NCBI GenBank assembly: GCA_964525915.1
Contig: CAZGKN010000002.1
Span: forward strand, 1,194-65,193
Direction: 5' to 3'
DNA: 64,000 nucleotides
Origin: an uncultured Saprospiraceae bacterium
GTDB taxonomy: Bacteria > Bacteroidota > Bacteroidia > Chitinophagales > Saprospiraceae
Shown piece by piece: positions 49,727 to 58,221 of this stretch. A program made the position numbers and the translations under genes. Within the stretch, counting starts at the first letter, position 1; each line of letters begins with the position of its first letter. The notes under the pieces were generated by a model. It made no database searches. It saw only the letters and a program-made list of their open reading frames with translations, and was not told the DNA's origin.

Positions 49727-49743
49727 TTGTACGTACAAATATA
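49727..49743 (-). promoter_or_regulatory. perfect 12-bp palindrome TTGTACGTACAA overlapping a -7 box (TATATTTG on minus strand)
   Basis: Palindrome at 49727-49738. Plus-strand caaatata at 49736-49743 lies 20 nt upstream of the antitoxin ATG. Confidence 0.4.
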
Positions 49744-49862
49744 ATTAAAGTATCCGTATAGTGATTTATTTTATTTTAATTTCATTTATTAGTTTACTTA
49801 TCATCTTCGTTACTAACAAAATCTGCATAAGCAATGTTAATAAAATAAGATAATTATGTGTA

Positions 49863-50585
49863 ATGGAAAGAAAAGTAGCTTATATCACCGGTGGAACAAA
49901 AGGAATTGGTCTCGGTATCGCAAAAGCTTTACTCGACAGTGGATACAAGGTAGCTATATCAGGCAGGAATCTGACGCAAGCGGAGCAAGCTGCTGTAACG
50001 TTAGCAGGTGAACTGTACCAGGAATCAGTATTACCTATCCAGTCTGATGTCGGTGTTGCTGATTCAGAAAGAGCAGCTATTGCCCGGATCATCGATCAAT
50101 GGGACAGACTGGATGTAGTGGTGGCCAATGCCGGAGTAGGAATATTTAAGCCGATAGATGAGCTCAGCGCTGATGACTGGAATCAGATGATGAATACGAA
50201 CCTGACCGGTGTGTTTCATACCTGTTCGGCGGCAATTCCTACATTGAAAGAGAGTAGAGGCTATATCTTTACTATCGGTTCACTGGCAGGGGTAAATTTC
50301 TTTGCCAAAGGGGCAGGTTACAATGCGACTAAGTATGGTATCGTGGGTTTTTCACAAGCAATGATGCTCGACTTAAGACCTTATGGGATTAAGGTTACGA
50401 CCATTATGCCCGGTTCAGTGTCTTCTTTTTTTAATGCAAATATCCCTTCTGAAGCTGATCAGTGGAAGATACAGCCGGAAGATATTGGTCAATTAATAAT
50501 CGATTTATTGGCTATGCCTGCACGAACTCTACCTTCAAAAATTGAAGTCAGGCCGGCACAACCCCAACAGATAAAATGGCCATAA
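49863..50585 (+). CDS. short-chain dehydrogenase/reductase (SDR)
   Basis: TGGTKGIG cofactor motif, NAG motif, catalytic YNATK. Confidence 0.88.
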   Translation: MERKVAYITGGTKGIGLGIAKALLDSGYKVAISGRNLTQAEQAAVTLAGELYQESVLPIQSDVGVADSERAAIARIIDQWDRLDVVVANAGVGIFKPIDELSADDWNQMMNTNLTGVFHTCSAAIPTLKESRGYIFTIGSLAGVNFFAKGAGYNATKYGIVGFSQAMMLDLRPYGIKVTTIMPGSVSSFFNANIPSEADQWKIQPEDIGQLIIDLLAMPARTLPSKIEVRPAQPQQIKWP

Positions 50586-50625
50586 GGAGGATTTTTTTAT
50601 ATTTCCGTGATTTATAGTTGCACTT

Positions 50626-51588
50626 ATGAAAGTTCTTCTGGTAGTAGATGCAGATTTGCCGGCATTAAAATATGGTGGTACAGAACGGGTAGTGTGGTAT
50701 CTGGCGCATGCACTCCTCAGGAAAGGACATCAGGTAGGGCTGATGGCGCGCAGCCTGAATCAAAAATCTGAGCTGCCATTTTATAAGTGGGATGAGTCTA
50801 AAGAAATGCAGTTTCAGATACCCGATGGATATGATGTGATTCATTTCCATTTTACACCACCGGGATTGATGAATGTGAATACACCTTATCTGGTGACTAT
50901 GCACGGAAACCCGGACGCAACTTTTTCGTTTGAGAGGAATACGGTCTTTGTTTCGCAAAATCATGCGCAGCGCTATGGCGCCACTGCATTTGTCTATAAT
51001 GGGCTGGACTGGGCAGATTATCCGGTACCGGACCTCACAATGAAAAGAACACACTTTCATTTTCTGGGAAAGGCTGCCTGGCGAGTGAAGAATGTGCGGG
51101 GCGCTATCAACCTGGTCCGACAAATGAAAAATGAGCGTTTGTGTGTCATGGGTGGTACACGGCTTAATCTCAAGATGGGTCTCAGGCTGACGCTTTCACC
51201 ACGGATTAGATTTTACGGTATGGTAGGTGGAACTGAAAAAGCCAGGTTGTTAAACAGTTCGAAGGGATTGATATTTCCTGTACTGTGGCCGGAACCCTTT
51301 GGTCTGGCTATCATTGAGAGTTTGTATTATGGTTGCCCGGTGTTTGGTACACCACGTGGATCATTGCCGGAGTTAGTGCCATCTGATATGGGTGTATTGT
51401 CGGATGATAATTCAGTACTTCTGGAAGCAATGTCTAAAGCAGATGCATTTGATCCAGTAAAATGCCATGACTATGCGCAGGATAATTTCAATGCAGATCG
51501 GATGGCGGAGGATTATCTGGCGCAGTATGCTAAGGTTATAGCCGGTGAACATTTAAATATGAATATTCCTCGGTTAATTTCTGAATAA
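50626..51588 (+). CDS. GT4-family glycosyltransferase
   Basis: N-terminal GGTERVV, C-terminal EPFGLAIIESLYYGCPVFGT (E-x7-E region). Confidence 0.8.
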   Translation: MKVLLVVDADLPALKYGGTERVVWYLAHALLRKGHQVGLMARSLNQKSELPFYKWDESKEMQFQIPDGYDVIHFHFTPPGLMNVNTPYLVTMHGNPDATFSFERNTVFVSQNHAQRYGATAFVYNGLDWADYPVPDLTMKRTHFHFLGKAAWRVKNVRGAINLVRQMKNERLCVMGGTRLNLKMGLRLTLSPRIRFYGMVGGTEKARLLNSSKGLIFPVLWPEPFGLAIIESLYYGCPVFGTPRGSLPELVPSDMGVLSDDNSVLLEAMSKADAFDPVKCHDYAQDNFNADRMAEDYLAQYAKVIAGEHLNMNIPRLISE

Positions 51589-51613
51589 ACGAAGGTTTTG
51601 TATTAATCCGGGA

Positions 51614-52261
51614 TTAATCATGCTGTGTTACAGTTTTCTTTTTCATTCCACCTTTCAATAAACCAATCACTATACCTGTATTAAAACTAAACTGTGAATC
51701 AATTGGGTTCCTGTCATACTGTGCTGAAAGTGTTAGTCCGAATATTTTACCGACTGTTATCAATAGCTTTGATTCGATGATGATACCTGAGTATTGCTGA
51801 TATGACCATAAACGGACATAGTGTGGGCTTGAAAATAAATTAAAGTCAAATAAACCGGAATTTTGGTTTGGATCCTGAGAGTTGGCTTCGCCGGTAACAT
51901 ACCCATACCTGCCGAGATATGGATTCAGATTCATGATAAATTTGATGTTTTCTGAATTAGTATTCAGAAGGTATCCCACCACTAAGCCAATTTTGTTATC
52001 ATTTATTTTGTTTGAATTTGGTTTGAAAAGGGCAGTAAAGTCCAACTGTCCATCTTTTAAATTACTATATGCCAGTCCTGCATACAAACCTTTATATGCT
52101 CTGAAGTTGAAATCTAGCTTTTTAGTTTTGTATTTTCCCCAACCTAAATTGAAGCCACCGTAGAACAAAGGCGAATAAATAGTTTTTATTGCTGGCTCCT
52201 GGGCTTGTGCGCTAACAAGGAACAGGGAACTCAAAGTGAGAGATAAAATTAAGTTTTTCAT
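51614..52261 (-). CDS. small outer-membrane beta-barrel protein
   Basis: Signal peptide (..SAQAQ) and an alternating amphipathic strand pattern. 215 aa. Confidence 0.5.
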   Translation of the reverse strand: MKNLILSLTLSSLFLVSAQAQEPAIKTIYSPLFYGGFNLGWGKYKTKKLDFNFRAYKGLYAGLAYSNLKDGQLDFTALFKPNSNKINDNKIGLVVGYLLNTNSENIKFIMNLNPYLGRYGYVTGEANSQDPNQNSGLFDFNLFSSPHYVRLWSYQQYSGIIIESKLLITVGKIFGLTLSAQYDRNPIDSQFSFNTGIVIGLLKGGMKKKTVTQHD

Positions 52262-52330
52262 ATTTTATACTTTTTATTTTCAAAATTCGGTCAGAATCTT
52301 TTACTTTCAAAATTTACGGACAGTCTGAAT

Positions 52331-52396
52331 GTCAACAATTATTTACATACTGCGTATAAAAAGATTAGCAGACCTTTTTGTCAACATCTGTTTACA
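52331..52396. promoter_or_regulatory. direct repeat GTCAACAnnTnTTTACA (two copies, 49-nt spacing) in divergent intergenic region
   Basis: Copies at 52331-52347 and 52380-52396 are 14/17 identical. They lie between the OMP gene and the HTH-protein gene. Confidence 0.25.
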
Positions 52397-52474
52397 AAAT
52401 GATCTTAATTTCTAGTTTTTGTAATTGAAAAAGTATAAATTGTGCAGTATTCTGTCACCTTTATTAAATGAAGA

Positions 52475-53470
52475 ATGATTAATTACCACTATCAGACGAT
52501 TATTTTTGAACGATTGAGGAAGCATTTTACGCAGGCTCAGATTATTCATTTGTTGGTCAATACACTGGGTATCACCCGGCAGTCAGCCTACCATTACCTG
52601 GATTCAAAACGAGCTTTGAGTTATGATGCAGTAATGAAATTGGTTCATGAGAGTCCGGCGACACAATTCCTGCTGGATGTAGATAATCCGGGTGACTTAG
52701 GAAGTATTGCCTGGCAATATATGAATAGCACCGGGCAGCCTATAGATCATCTGGATTACATGAACAGGCTCAGGTATTTCTTTGCGAATATGAGATTTGA
52801 TAAGTTTGAGATTCGGCTGGTATCTTTTGAAGTACCTATTTTTTATTACATGTATTTCCCCGCTTTACTGGGATTTAAGTTTTTCTGTTGGTCTAAAACT
52901 GTCTGGAACAATGCAGTGTATAAGGAGAAGGCTTACCGGCCGGATGACTTTCTCAGTGATGAATTCATAGCAATAAGTAATGCTCTGGTCGCAAATTTTT
53001 CATCGGTCAGGACAGTGGAATATTGGAGTAATAATATGTTGACTAACACATTGCGACAACTTCATTATTTTAAAGAAATGAATTATCTGGGTTCGATAAA
53101 AGTGTATAATGAACTGATTCATGAGTTGCGGCAAATGATTGAATTGTTTCGACAGATGGCCGCAGAAGGGAAGAAGCGATCAACTGACCAGTGCCTGAAT
53201 GGTGCGCTTACAGGTATTTACATTAATCAAATATTTTATGCAAACAATACTTATTTGCTCTCGGGTGAAGATATCCGGCTTGTATTCACCGCTTATGATA
53301 ACCCCAACTTTATGTTTACTGATAATCCGCAGATTATAGATAAAACACTGGCCTGGATGGATAATATCCAGCGCCATAGCGGCTCATTGGTGCAGTGTAA
53401 TGAATTGGATCGCCTACGCTTTTTTGAACGGATGGAGTTTGAGCTCGATGAATATGATCAGACGATATAG
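52475..53470 (+). CDS. putative transcription regulator with N-terminal helix-turn-helix
   Basis: N-terminal LGITRQSAYHYLDSKRALS resembles an HTH recognition segment. The remaining ~270 aa have no motif I recognise. Confidence 0.4.
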   Translation: MINYHYQTIIFERLRKHFTQAQIIHLLVNTLGITRQSAYHYLDSKRALSYDAVMKLVHESPATQFLLDVDNPGDLGSIAWQYMNSTGQPIDHLDYMNRLRYFFANMRFDKFEIRLVSFEVPIFYYMYFPALLGFKFFCWSKTVWNNAVYKEKAYRPDDFLSDEFIAISNALVANFSSVRTVEYWSNNMLTNTLRQLHYFKEMNYLGSIKVYNELIHELRQMIELFRQMAAEGKKRSTDQCLNGALTGIYINQIFYANNTYLLSGEDIRLVFTAYDNPNFMFTDNPQIIDKTLAWMDNIQRHSGSLVQCNELDRLRFFERMEFELDEYDQTI

Positions 53471-53535
53471 GTAACTATTCTCCTTATTTCGAGAAGTATA
53501 TTTTTGCGGACTCCACTCTACCGCTTCTTGGCGAC

Positions 53536-53604
53536 CTTTGCGTGAAACTAATCTTTCTATTTTCACGCAAAGAGCGCAAAGAATTTTCGCAAAGACCGCA
53601 AAAT
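53536..53604. repeat. 12-bp-stem hairpin plus CGCAAAG word repeats
   Basis: Stem ctttgcgtgaaa / tttcacgcaaag (53536-53547 / 53561-53572), then cgcaaag again at 53575 and 53588 and ccgcaaaa at 53597. Confidence 0.75.
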
Positions 53605-53872
53605 CCAAACAGAATGAAGACGACTATTTAATTTCCAATTTATTTCTACCTTTTTTATAAAACCAGAATAGAGTTAGTATTTTCATCATTTACAATGTAA
53701 CAAATCTCACTTGATCTCACTTGACAAAAAGTAATCTCATCGACGCTGATAATACAATTTGAAATCAATAATTACTATTGCAATACTCAATGCTGTAAAA
53801 TAACGCATAATACAATAAAGCTCCGGGCTATTTACCCTGAGGCTTTACTGTCTTTTATACTAAATGGACGAG

Positions 53873-53973
53873 GAAATGACCATCTGATATCCTTGTTTGA
53901 CCACTTCACCCCTTCTGTCCGATGAATAAAAATCCTCCGGGCTAAAGTGACAAGAATATTTATTGGCCATTTC
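53873..53973. repeat. palindromic element, degenerate copy 2
   Basis: The left arm is identical to copy 1 (53873-53894). The right arm is degenerate (aagaatatttattggccatttc, 53952-53973) and about 30 nt of extra sequence is inserted in the spacer. Flank homology tata c(a/t)aaatggac lies upstream. Confidence 0.7.
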
Positions 53974-54052
53974 ATAATTCTAATAGTATAATTAATTTTT
54001 CAGAAACGCAAATTGGAAATATTGATATATCAGTGCCTGATATCACGTCCTG

Positions 54053-54706
54053 TCACTGTACAAAATAATACACCGTGATAAAATGAAATAGTGTTCCGAG
54101 TAATACGAATAAGTGAAAAAACGCATGATTGTACCTGTACTGATCAAAATAATACAGCACCGCCCCGGCAGTGTACCAATAGCCACCCATCATCAGACAG
54201 TATAAACCATCCTGTGGTAAAGCTTGTCGGAGTGCACTAAAATCAAATACAATCAACCACCCCATGACCACATACAATATAGTGGAAAACAAATCATAGC
54301 GACCGGTGAAAATTAGTTTAAAGAGGATGCCAAAGATGGCAATGCTCCAACACAGTATAAATATTAAGATGCCGTGACTATATTTGAGTGTCAGTAATGT
54401 AAATGGTGTATAAGTGCCTGCGATCAACAGATATATTGCAATATGATCAAATATACGCAGTACCCGGCGAGCCTTATGTTTATTTACTGAATGATAAAGT
54501 GTGGATGCTGCATACAGTATAATGATACTCAGACCAAAGGTAATCAGACAGGCACGGTATAATAGGTCGGTACTGGATAAGGCTTTTTTCAGTAGTAGAA
54601 CAAATCCAAAGATCCCCGCAATCAGACCGATCGCATGAGATATGATATTCAACTTCTCTTCTGTCGGATGATAGTAATCAATCGTACTATTCGTCTGTAA
54701 ATTCAT
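54053..54706 (-). CDS. hemolysin III / PAQR-family channel protein
   Basis: Seven TM helices, EEKLN.ISH N-terminal motif, C-terminal HAFFHLFVL motif. 217 aa. Confidence 0.87.
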   Translation of the reverse strand: MNLQTNSTIDYYHPTEEKLNIISHAIGLIAGIFGFVLLLKKALSSTDLLYRACLITFGLSIIILYAASTLYHSVNKHKARRVLRIFDHIAIYLLIAGTYTPFTLLTLKYSHGILIFILCWSIAIFGILFKLIFTGRYDLFSTILYVVMGWLIVFDFSALRQALPQDGLYCLMMGGYWYTAGAVLYYFDQYRYNHAFFHLFVLLGTLFHFITVYYFVQ

Positions 54707-54885
54707 TGATGCAAAGGTGGTAAAAGTAAGAGAGATTCACATCGTAGATATAATATAAAAGTCAGTAACTATTCAGGTCAAATAAAAGTTTGTCAATAAT
54801 TGATCTCAATTAGTATATAGACAGTTCATTTATGAACTTAATTTCAAAGAAACTTATATGCTCAAGCCGCATTGACTTTTCTCCA

Positions 54886-54931
54886 GACGATGAATGTCAG
54901 GATTGTAAACCCTGACGATGAATGTCGGGAT
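54886..54931. repeat. tandem 18-nt word gacgatgaatgtc(a/g)ggat, 28-nt period, forming a hairpin
   Basis: Copies at 54886-54903 and 54914-54931. gtcagg / cctgac can pair across attgtaaac. Confidence 0.7.
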
Positions 54932-55001
54932 ATTTCTTACTTCTTTTATACAACCTACGTTTCTGTAAATACAATCAAACACTAGGCGTCAATTCTTTTT
55001 C

Positions 55002-55400
55002 TTGTTCAGTCGGAGCATTGGGATATATTTTAAGGACGAGCGGAAAATCCAAATTTCTTTTGATAGTTTAGGTAATATAAGTTCGATTTATAATCGGGTT
55101 CCTGATGGAGTTCAAAGTATTCACTATTTTCCAAATGGGATGATTGAAGCAAAAGTTATGTTAGATAATGAGATCAGAATGCAGGGAGAAATATATTATT
55201 TTCATGAAAAATCAGGGCATTATATTAGTGTTCGTCAATATGTCAATGATACATTAGAAGGAAATAAATTTGATTACTATGACCGGGAAGGCACGGATAG
55301 TATGGTTCAGCATTATGTAAAAGGGTGCTGCAAGGGGCGGCTTGTTTTGGATAAGAAAGAAGAAGCCATAAGTGTGAGCGGCAGTTTTATAGCGAATTAA
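55002..55400 (+). CDS. MORN-variant (YwqK-like) repeat protein, probable orphan immunity protein, possibly N-terminally truncated
   Basis: Repeats of the type YFPNGMIEAK..GEIYYFHEKSGHYIS..EGNKFDYYDREG. TTG start only. Confidence 0.55.
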   Translation: MFSRSIGIYFKDERKIQISFDSLGNISSIYNRVPDGVQSIHYFPNGMIEAKVMLDNEIRMQGEIYYFHEKSGHYISVRQYVNDTLEGNKFDYYDREGTDSMVQHYVKGCCKGRLVLDKKEEAISVSGSFIAN

Positions 55401-55474
55401 TTTTCAAAGGATAAAACCAGGAATACGAGGTATCCGATTGGTGATCGGGGGCTTTATTATTTAGCGTAATCGAT

Positions 55475-55747
55475 TTACAGCAGATAATGCCCTTTGGCAG
55501 AAAGGATAAAGACTAAATCTTCTGAAACCTCATAAATCAAACGATGCTCACGGTTAATCCTACGAGACCAACAGCCAGTAAGTGAATGTTTAAGTGGTTC
55601 TGGTTTGCCTGTGCCAGTAAATGGGTGTTGAGCCAGTTCCTCCACAAACAAAGTAATTTTAGTTAAAACAGATTTGTTACCTGATTTTTTATGTTGCCTT
55701 ATATCCTCTTTTGCTTGTTCAGAAAATCGTAAAATATAGCTAGTCAT
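55475..55747 (-). CDS. yoeB: YoeB/Txe-family type II toxin (copy 1)
   Basis: 90 aa with ..GCWSRRINREHRLIYEV..ILSAKGHY. 4-nt overlap with the upstream antitoxin gene. Confidence 0.87.
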   Translation of the reverse strand: MTSYILRFSEQAKEDIRQHKKSGNKSVLTKITLFVEELAQHPFTGTGKPEPLKHSLTGCWSRRINREHRLIYEVSEDLVFILSAKGHYLL

Positions 55748-55962
55748 AAGCTATCAATAAAGGATTTAAGATTTTCCTTTTTGACTTCGGTAAAACTACC
55801 TTGAGCAATTTGCTTTTTACTTTCCATTATTTTTTCTACAAACTCAGGATTATAGCTATCATCCTTAGCTACTTCAAACTTGATTTTAAGAGCCTTCATA
55901 AAGGCTTTCAAGGCTTCGAGTTGCTCAATAGTAGGATGTGCAGTTACTTCAAGGGTTTTCAT
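55744..55962 (-). CDS. antitoxin partner of YoeB copy 1
   Basis: 72 aa, translationally coupled. Paralogous to 63490..63705 (shared ..AFMKALKIKF.VAK....PEFV.KI..). Confidence 0.65.
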   Translation of the reverse strand: MKTLEVTAHPTIEQLEALKAFMKALKIKFEVAKDDSYNPEFVEKIMESKKQIAQGSFTEVKKENLKSFIDSL

Positions 55963-56104
55963 AGAGTTGCGATATTTTTAAGTATAACAGCTGTTAAATC
56001 TTTTTGTAAAAGACCTCTTTTTGTTCTGCTTGCTGCTAATATTTTATCGAAAGTATTCATATTTATTACATTTGGTGTTTTATAGCACCCTAAAAGTCAA
56101 TATT

Positions 56105-57418
56105 ATGACAAAGATAGGAACAAAATTATGGGTATTAAAATTTAAAACTATTTCTATTTATAAAATACACCAAAGTTTGCCTTTACATATAAACAAAACG
56201 GAACAAAGAAATAGACTTTATGCTCATAGGAATATTACAAATATTCCCGCCTATGTCACCGCACAGTTGCAATCACCCAGCCCGGGAAGTGTCCAATCCG
56301 CCGACAGCACCTTTGAGTATGCCCTACGAGATCATCTCGGCAATACCGTAGTCTCCTTTGCCGATCAGGATGACAATGGCAAGATCGACCCTTTCGAGGT
56401 ACTACAGCGTAATCATTACTACTCTTTTGGTGAGCAAGGCAGGAAAGCCATCCGAAATGGCTTTTCGACGCCGCGAAACGGAGATAGCACTGATGGAAAA
56501 ATCGGGGCGTATCGTAGTCTGAACACATCCGAGGTACGAGAATGTGCTTCAGCGGCAGAGATCAAAGGTGACTGGGATCACACCACAAATCCGGTTATTA
56601 ATAACTATCTTTACAATGGCAAGGAACTCCACACGTGGGGTAGCAATAGCGGTGGCCGGCTAAACTGGCAGGACTACGGGGCGAGGTGGTACTCTCCGGA
56701 GATGGGGAGGTGGAACTCTGTAGAACCACTGGCAAGGAAGTATGCTCATATATCGCCTTATGCTTATTGTGCTAATATGCCGATTATAGCCACGGATCCT
56801 GATGGTATGGATATTATAATAGGTCATAGAAACGAGAATGGAAAAATAACCTCAAGGGTAATTTATAGAGAAGGTAAGCTATTTAATATGGATGGTAAAA
56901 CTGCTTACACAGGCAATAATTCATTTATTTTGAATACAAAAAATAGCATAGATAAAATAAAGTCCTCTGATATTTATGCAAGAAATGTATTAACAGTTCT
57001 TGAATATTCTCCAAGAAAACATGAAGTTTATAATTTGTTAAGTACTGATAAAATTGCAATACCAAACCATGATGATAGTGCTGTTTATCCAGATATGACT
57101 ACTATTCATATTGACCCCAACAAGCCCGCTAAAGAAGGCTCGATTATGTATTTAGATACTGAAATTACTGGTAATAAACGAATAAGTACTACAGCACATG
57201 AATTTATGCATTCTTATCAACATGATCAAGGTACAATATCAAACGAAACTATTGGGGGAATTGAAAATAATGAAATAGAAGCAGTTAATTTTCAGAATCG
57301 AGTAAATCCTTCATTGGGATTGCCACAAATGACTGAATATGGAGGAAAGAAAATTCCAAAAAGCAAGTTAGAAAATCCTAATAATCCTAAACATATTAAT
57401 AAATTTAGAGGTCGATGA
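56105..57418 (+). CDS. RHS cassette 1: 5'-truncated RHS shell end + core tip + HExxH metallopeptidase-like C-terminal toxin domain
   Basis: RHS-like sequence starts near 56250 (..YALRDHLGNT..YYSFGE..NNYLYNGKEL..WQDYGARWYSPEMGRW..SPYAYCANMPIIATDPDGM). Beyond 56810 it is an unrelated AT-rich domain with HEFMH at 57197-57211. The upstream part of the ORF (56021-56250) is AT-rich filler. Confidence 0.72.
   Translation: MTKIGTKLWVLKFKTISIYKIHQSLPLHINKTEQRNRLYAHRNITNIPAYVTAQLQSPSPGSVQSADSTFEYALRDHLGNTVVSFADQDDNGKIDPFEVLQRNHYYSFGEQGRKAIRNGFSTPRNGDSTDGKIGAYRSLNTSEVRECASAAEIKGDWDHTTNPVINNYLYNGKELHTWGSNSGGRLNWQDYGARWYSPEMGRWNSVEPLARKYAHISPYAYCANMPIIATDPDGMDIIIGHRNENGKITSRVIYREGKLFNMDGKTAYTGNNSFILNTKNSIDKIKSSDIYARNVLTVLEYSPRKHEVYNLLSTDKIAIPNHDDSAVYPDMTTIHIDPNKPAKEGSIMYLDTEITGNKRISTTAHEFMHSYQHDQGTISNETIGGIENNEIEAVNFQNRVNPSLGLPQMTEYGGKKIPKSKLENPNNPKHINKFRGR
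56665..56713 (+). repeat. conserved RHS core-tip DNA handle, copy 1
   Basis: ctggcaggactacggggcgaggtggtactctccggagatggggaggtgg. Near-identical stretches lie at 58278-58326 and 60134-60182. Confidence 0.85.
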
Positions 57419-57999
57419 AATCTTTATGGCTAATAGTCGCTATTTTGTTTTCTTACTTTGCATGTAATCTCATAGAAAATTCAAACAATGTAAGATTTTT
57501 ATATTATAAAAATTTGCTAGAAAGCACTGGACCCACCTCACTGATTATTTATAATGGTAAATATGGAGATTCAATTAAGGAGTATCGCATAGATGTATCA
57601 AGATTTAGAACACAAATACAAAAAAAGTATTCTTCAAACTCTGTCAAATTAAATTACAGTAATTCATTTATTGATTCTTTAGTTTCAAATGAAAGTGTTT
57701 TTAATTTGGATACAATATCATCGGTTTTCAGTGGAAATGAGTTATTCATGGATAGCACCTCCAATAAGATTTTTAATTTTTCTGAGGATGAAATAATTAA
57801 GTACTATTTTCAAAATAATGTTTTGAACCTCAACTTCTCTAAAGCAAATGGTTTAATCTTAACAAATGGGGTAAATGGAAATCTTACTATAGGAGAATTT
57901 AATGCATTGATAAAATTTTTGTTTGAACATAATTATTTCGTTTCAATAAGTGATATAGATGGAAAAATAGTGATTAATAAGTTTTCTCCTGAAAAATGA
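57415..57999 (+). CDS. putative immunity lipoprotein for cassette 1
   Basis: ATGA start/stop overlap with the toxin ORF. Signal peptide with a Cys (LFSYFAC). AT-rich, 194 aa. Confidence 0.55.
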   Translation: MKSLWLIVAILFSYFACNLIENSNNVRFLYYKNLLESTGPTSLIIYNGKYGDSIKEYRIDVSRFRTQIQKKYSSNSVKLNYSNSFIDSLVSNESVFNLDTISSVFSGNELFMDSTSNKIFNFSEDEIIKYYFQNNVLNLNFSKANGLILTNGVNGNLTIGEFNALIKFLFEHNYFVSISDIDGKIVINKFSPEK

Positions 58000-58221
58000 A
58001 AGAAGTTATTGGTTCGGTTAACTATGTCAATTTCGCTACCCAAATTGGCTCACTTCGGACTAATACCGGACAGGAACAATCATCATTAATACCATTTCCA
58101 TTTTTGAAGCCTCATATATGCACATTTTTTTATTTCCATAAATCCCGCAATTCCCCCAACTTCCCTACCTTAGCACACAAACAAAGACACATTACAGTTG
58201 CGTATCCAGCATATCCAAACA

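Noticed and set aside
53471-53487. gtaactattctccttat resembles the MITE terminal repeat (gtaactattcacctcaa)
   Set aside because: Only the first 10 nt match well (13/17 overall) and no partner repeat is found nearby. This could be chance in AT-rich DNA.
53414-53608. 64-aa minus-strand ORF (..FAKILCALCV..)
   Set aside because: It is a translation of the CGCAAAG/hairpin repeat cluster. It has no start context and overlaps the end of the HTH gene.
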